From: Takakia lepidozioides
Taxonomy: Eukaryota; Plantae; Bryophyta
DNA length: 64,000 nt
Assembly (NCBI GenBank): GCA_030704615.1
Contig: CM060732.1
Location: 45,570,001-45,634,000, forward strand
Direction of reading: 5' to 3'
Below the pieces are notes generated by a model that did no database searches, was not told the origin of the DNA, and saw nothing but the letters and a program-made list of their open reading frames with translations. The translations under genes and the position numbers were made by a program. Of this stretch, positions 59,389-64,000 are shown one piece after another; position 1 is the first letter of the stretch; every line of letters starts with the position of its first letter.

Positions 59389-60147
59389 AGGGCTGGGTGA
59401 GATGCACAGAAAACAAAAATACTAGGAGCAGTTATTTATACAAATAGTCACTGCAAGAGCTCCCGGTTACCTGAAAAAAAACCATTGGTTCCCGGTTAGG
59501 TTCCGATTCTATTTTTTAAATAGATTTATTTAATCTGGTTAATTTAAAAATATATATCAGTTTGGGAAATTAGATGGTACATTAAATAGTCATGTATTCA
59601 AATATTTCAACTAAAATTTAGGGATTTTATTAGTTTTCATCAGAACAAAATACATTAAAAATTTATAAACGGAAATAGATAAAATTTCGAGGTTTGAAAC
59701 TCCTAATATAATTGAGCTATCTTAATGTATTGGCATATGCTAATAATTTGATTAATGAACCCAGGACTCTCAAGGATTGAACCCAGGAGCTAAAGGATTG
59801 AACGATTGAACCCAAGATCTCACGGAGCTGAAGATTGAACCCATGATCTCATGGTGGTGAAGGATTGAACCTAGGATCTCATGGAGCTTGAGAGAATTGA
59901 AGAGGTTTTGCCATTGGGGCCACACACAGATTCGGCCATGTTATGCCAAGTGCCACCAAGGGTTTTGGGAGGATACTAAGTACCGGAACCTGTTTTTAAC
60001 CCCTAGTAGCCTATTTTGCACTTGTGACTCCCGGCAGGAACCGCGGTTCAGGGTCCGGTTTTGCAGGAGTAGGTCAGGTTCCGGTCCGGTTTCTTATAAT
60101 TGGAACCCGCGGTTAATCGGGTCCAGCCTGTTAACCGCCCAACAATG
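59389..60147. mobile_element. Probable hAT-like non-autonomous element with GAACC/CCGG subterminal motifs
   Basis: Clusters of ggttcc/ccggtt at both ends, an AT-rich core, a ~30-bp tandem ggattgaaccca repeat at ~59755-59890, and imperfect CAG/CAT..TGGG ends. Boundaries are uncertain. Confidence 0.45.
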
Positions 60148-60155
60148 GTGCAAAC

Positions 60156-60666
60156 CAGTGTTGGACAAGCATACAGGTCTGGGGCGGGTATCAACCAGGG
60201 TAAGGATAAAGGTATGAAGGATCAGGGAGAGGATGCAGGGGTAGGGTTTAGGGTAGTTTTCATTAGTTTTAGTATTAGTTTATGCTCTTCAAGAGTGATA
60301 GAGAAGAGTTATTATAAGAGAGAGAGAACTGGCAGAATATAAATATTCTACTCCATGTACATCTTTGAAGCACTAGTTTCACTTTTCAAACAATCACAGC
60401 TGCTCGTTAGAAAGAACTGGCATAATGTAATTTTGATATAGCTTCAATACCAAGCCCTAGCACATACCAGGCTGGTATGACTTTTAAGATTTTGTTTTAT
60501 ACCATACCAGTCAGATTTTCACTTTGATACCTTACCATATACCACACCAAGCTGTGAAATTTACGCATCATTTCATACCAGTACCATACTGGCTTGAGTC
60601 ATTCAACTCTACCCCAATACCATTACCCCAGTGGTATCAAAATACCATGATACCAGTCCCACACTG
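60156..60666. mobile_element. hAT MITE (511 bp)
   Basis: 8-bp TSD GTGCAAAC (60148-60155 and 60667-60674); TIR CAGTGT(T/G)GGAC. Confidence 0.85.
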
Positions 60667-61314
60667 GTGCAAACCCGAACTTGGGATAAGTCTCGCAGAC
60701 ATTGACCAACCTGTTGAAGTGTAGAGGAAGGCCTCCCTCGGGCCTAGGGCATAAAATTGAAGGGCCGCCGGACACTGCGATGATTTCTATTTCCTTTCAT
60801 CGTTTCTTTTGATGATAAAAAGAAATGGGACTAGTGAAAGAAAAGATCTTGGAGGTAAAAGATAAGGGAAATGTGGGAGGTGTGCATTACACAGAGTGTA
60901 ATCGGCAATGCATTATACGTTTTTGGTAATGCCCCGGCACTGACAGGCGGGCTATTCCGGTCTGTAACGAGCAGATATTATTGACAAAGGGAAATCAGCC
61001 CAGTTCTTTAACTTAGATCCTTCCTGGAACTCCGAAGAGTACATTTCAAAATTAAGAGATTCACGTTATGGACTTCAGCCTTGGTAGGATTGTAGGAGTT
61101 GGGATTTGTGAATTGCAGGGAGTGAATGCATTTGAGTCGTTGACTTGTGAATGCAACTGAACAGTGAGATTCTGGAATAATGGCAGGACCTTACGTGTTC
61201 TACGAGTTGGGTGTTGGGAATTGCAGTCTAGAACGAGAGTGATTGACTTGTGGAAGCAAGGCATTCGATGAGCGAGATGATGGACAGTGATTTTTAGTTT
61301 GGGCAAGGATTGCG

Positions 61315-63495
61315 ATGGCCAGGGAGCAGGCTGAACAACTTGCAGGGCGTTCAGAGGGTGATGGAGTTCCTTGGATATTGCAAGGACATCCTGGGGTGAG
61401 TATCAATGACATACCCGGCTATGGAATTACACTGGGCAGCCCTGTCGATGGCTTGCTTATGGGGCTTGCAATCTGGGGAACAGAGAAAATTGATGCTGTC
61501 GTGAGGTGTGTTTACAACACTGCAGAAGCTTTTGCAAGTGGTAGTGGGAAGAATGTCGACGTGATGGCGTTCATGGAGCTAGTGGGTGACTACATGAAGC
61601 GCACTTCCTGGCTCTCGGGTGGTCGATTGCACTGCTATTTCCTTCGATGCTGTGGACAAAAATATGTTACGCTCCGCAGACCGGAAGACGCCCTGAGAGT
61701 TTACCTGTATGCCCAGGAAATTTCCACGGGAAAATCAGAGATGGCGGATATAGAGACGTACGTTTGTTTTGGGCTAGGGCAGATTTACATCAATTCTGGA
61801 CAAGTTAGGGAGTCGCAGATTGCCTATCAGCGGGTTTTAGACTTGTCGGAATCGACCGTGTGGTCCGGGGCAAGAGAGCACATACATATCCTCCACCTCA
61901 TTGGGTGTGCTTGTGAGAGCTTGGGGAGATTCGAGGAGGGAATCGAGGCTCTCACCTATGCTTTGAAAATAAGTGGAGAAATGGAAGGGCAAAGCCGTCA
62001 ACAGATAGAATTGTTACTGGCGATTGCAACGACATACGTCCTCTCGGACTTCCAGCTGAGTCACCACGCTTCTCTCCTTTTGTTGGAACAGGCGCTCTTG
62101 GGGGTTACTTCCCAAGAGTGCACATGCTCAGTTGATCAAGTCGATGATTTCTCGAACTGGGGAGGGACAGGAATGTTAAGATGTGCACACCATCAACTAC
62201 AAGCAACAATCCTGGATACGATTGGTAGAGTGCAAGAGACGAAGGGATACATAATAGAGTCTGAGGAGAGCTACAAGCGAGGCTTGGCCTTAGCTCAAGA
62301 ATGCGATGATAAGATTCTTATTGCTGGATTTCACTATGTCTTGGCTAATCTATACGCGACCATAGCAGCCAACTCAGCTTCAAATCTTTCAGGACAGTTT
62401 CTCCTGCTAAGAACTGATGCCTCCAAAAGAACTTATTATCACAACCAACAGTTTCTGGATTCTTTGACACCGGGCTTGTCGTGGTCCATGCAGCAAGGTG
62501 CTGCTTTCAACCGACACTTTCCACCAGGGGTTTTGGGGTTGCAGGAAATTCGTGCAGACGAAAAGGTGGTTGCTTTGTATGAATTACTGCGATTGAGCGA
62601 GGAGAAGGGCAATTTCGAAAGCCATGCAGTTATACACACTCAATTAAGCTTCATCCATTATTCCAATAATAGCATGGAAGCTTGCAGGGAGGAGTTACTT
62701 CTCGCCTTACAATTTTTCGACAAGATGCCTACCTCTAAGGATGTCTCGTACTTTACACAGACCTTGGGTCAGATCGCTCTGTTGTTGGGGGAACTAGATG
62801 TTACTGAAGACATTTGGAAGAGAGTTACCTCCTTATCTGAAGAAGTGCTGCAAAGTCTGGGGGGCTTAGACGTCAAGGATGCTCTGCACTTTCTTGAAAT
62901 GAATAAGCATGCGTACATGTGCATGGCAAACTGCTGTGTGTTGCGTCTAGAGAATTCAACAGACCAAGAGTTGAGAGCCAGCTACATCGAGAAGGCCCTG
63001 GTCTGGGCAGAGCGATCCAAAGGACGAGTTCTCATGTCATGCCTTGCAGCAGCTGAAAGAAGTACAAAAGCTAAAAGGGAAGTTCAGGATCGAGATTCTG
63101 GTAGCCCAAGATACCCAGTGGATTTTGAGAGCTGCTTCTATAACAATGATGGCTTTGCACGCAAGGTCATTTTTAATGGCTCTGAAAACACAGTCCCACT
63201 GTCTAGTAAAATTGTTTTCGTTGAGTACACATTCAGTGATTATACACATATGCTGATCCATCTTGTTAGGAGCGATATCTCTGATGGCAGCACTGGTTGG
63301 TCACCTGAAACACAGCCCCAAATGGTTCGGTGCAGCTTGCATAACCTCATTGACCAAAGCACTCAAAAGGAAGCAGAAGAAGAGCTGGAGGCGCTCATGG
63401 AGAACTCCCGCATTGAATATGAGGCTAACAGAAATTTGAACATGGCACCAATGGCTACTTCCAGAGAGATGGTAAACAAGACGGAACCCGTCTAA
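61315..63495 (+). CDS. TPR-repeat protein, probably the first exon of a TPR-CHAT protein
   Basis: 726-aa ORF with TPR-like units (LGQIYINSGQVRESQIAYQRVL, IGCACESLGRFEEGIEALTYAL, IGRVQETKG...YKRGLALA), then ALVWAERSKGRVL and FVEY, typical of the region preceding a CHAT domain. Possible donor ATG|GTAAAC at ~63471. Confidence 0.7.
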   Translation: MAREQAEQLAGRSEGDGVPWILQGHPGVSINDIPGYGITLGSPVDGLLMGLAIWGTEKIDAVVRCVYNTAEAFASGSGKNVDVMAFMELVGDYMKRTSWLSGGRLHCYFLRCCGQKYVTLRRPEDALRVYLYAQEISTGKSEMADIETYVCFGLGQIYINSGQVRESQIAYQRVLDLSESTVWSGAREHIHILHLIGCACESLGRFEEGIEALTYALKISGEMEGQSRQQIELLLAIATTYVLSDFQLSHHASLLLLEQALLGVTSQECTCSVDQVDDFSNWGGTGMLRCAHHQLQATILDTIGRVQETKGYIIESEESYKRGLALAQECDDKILIAGFHYVLANLYATIAANSASNLSGQFLLLRTDASKRTYYHNQQFLDSLTPGLSWSMQQGAAFNRHFPPGVLGLQEIRADEKVVALYELLRLSEEKGNFESHAVIHTQLSFIHYSNNSMEACREELLLALQFFDKMPTSKDVSYFTQTLGQIALLLGELDVTEDIWKRVTSLSEEVLQSLGGLDVKDALHFLEMNKHAYMCMANCCVLRLENSTDQELRASYIEKALVWAERSKGRVLMSCLAAAERSTKAKREVQDRDSGSPRYPVDFESCFYNNDGFARKVIFNGSENTVPLSSKIVFVEYTFSDYTHMLIHLVRSDISDGSTGWSPETQPQMVRCSLHNLIDQSTQKEAEEELEALMENSRIEYEANRNLNMAPMATSREMVNKTEPV

Positions 63496-64000
63496 TCAAA
63501 TCACTTGAGATCTATGGGCCTCATGATAGCCAGCTTGAAGTCGACTTGATATATTGTACAAGGTCTTGGGTTGATCTTGGTCATGGACTTTCCCACAATT
63601 AAGGTAGAACCACATCATGCTATTGCAAATGCTGGTTTTGTATGTACGAGTAACGGGTCAGTTCTTAACCCTTGGGCGCTAGATGAAACAGTAGTTTTGT
63701 ACTTTTTCATCTGCTGTGGATCACCAGAAAGGATACAGAAGTTGAAGTGAGTGAGAGTCTTGAGGCACATAGCCTTCCTCTCATGGGTGCTCTTTTCTGA
63801 TGGAGTGCTTAAGCTGCAAATGGTGCGAAAGTCTGTGCAACTATGTCCTCAATTTGTAGGTTCTTTGATTGTCTTGTACCATCAGGAATGTCCAAGATCT
63901 GAAACATTGGAAGCGGCAGCAGTGCACAAGCTTCTTTCTGCAATAAATCCCTATGGAACCAGGATGGAGTACTACAATCCTTGGATCCCTGGTCTGGTTG

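Overview
Nuclear DNA of an intron-containing land plant, most likely a non-seed plant (bryophyte, lycophyte or fern), inferred from moss-like PLS-DYW repeats and a microbial-type terpene synthase. From left to right: (1) a spliced minus-strand gene with two tandem lytic-transglycosylase (SLT) domains; (2) a transposon-rich stretch with a SINE, two TTAA/CCC piggyBac-like elements, a Mutator-like MITE and a decayed full-length Ty1/copia; (3) an inverted duplication of about 5.6 kb placing two PLS-E1-E2-DYW RNA-editing genes on either side of a Misato gene; (4) a run of damaged genes or fragments: SURNod19, anthranilate phosphoribosyltransferase, prefoldin 5 split by a foldback element, a microbial terpene synthase-like gene split by a copia element, and a BRX1 exon; (5) hAT MITEs and the first exon of a TPR protein that probably leads into a CHAT domain. 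The most notable observation is that both DYW editing genes carry N-terminal exons encoding the PDF motif of organellar ssDNA-binding (OSB) proteins. Their nearly identical 303-bp PLS repeats also differ in number and order, which predicts different target codes. All coordinates, alignments and splice sites were read by eye, and family calls rest on motif recognition without database searches.
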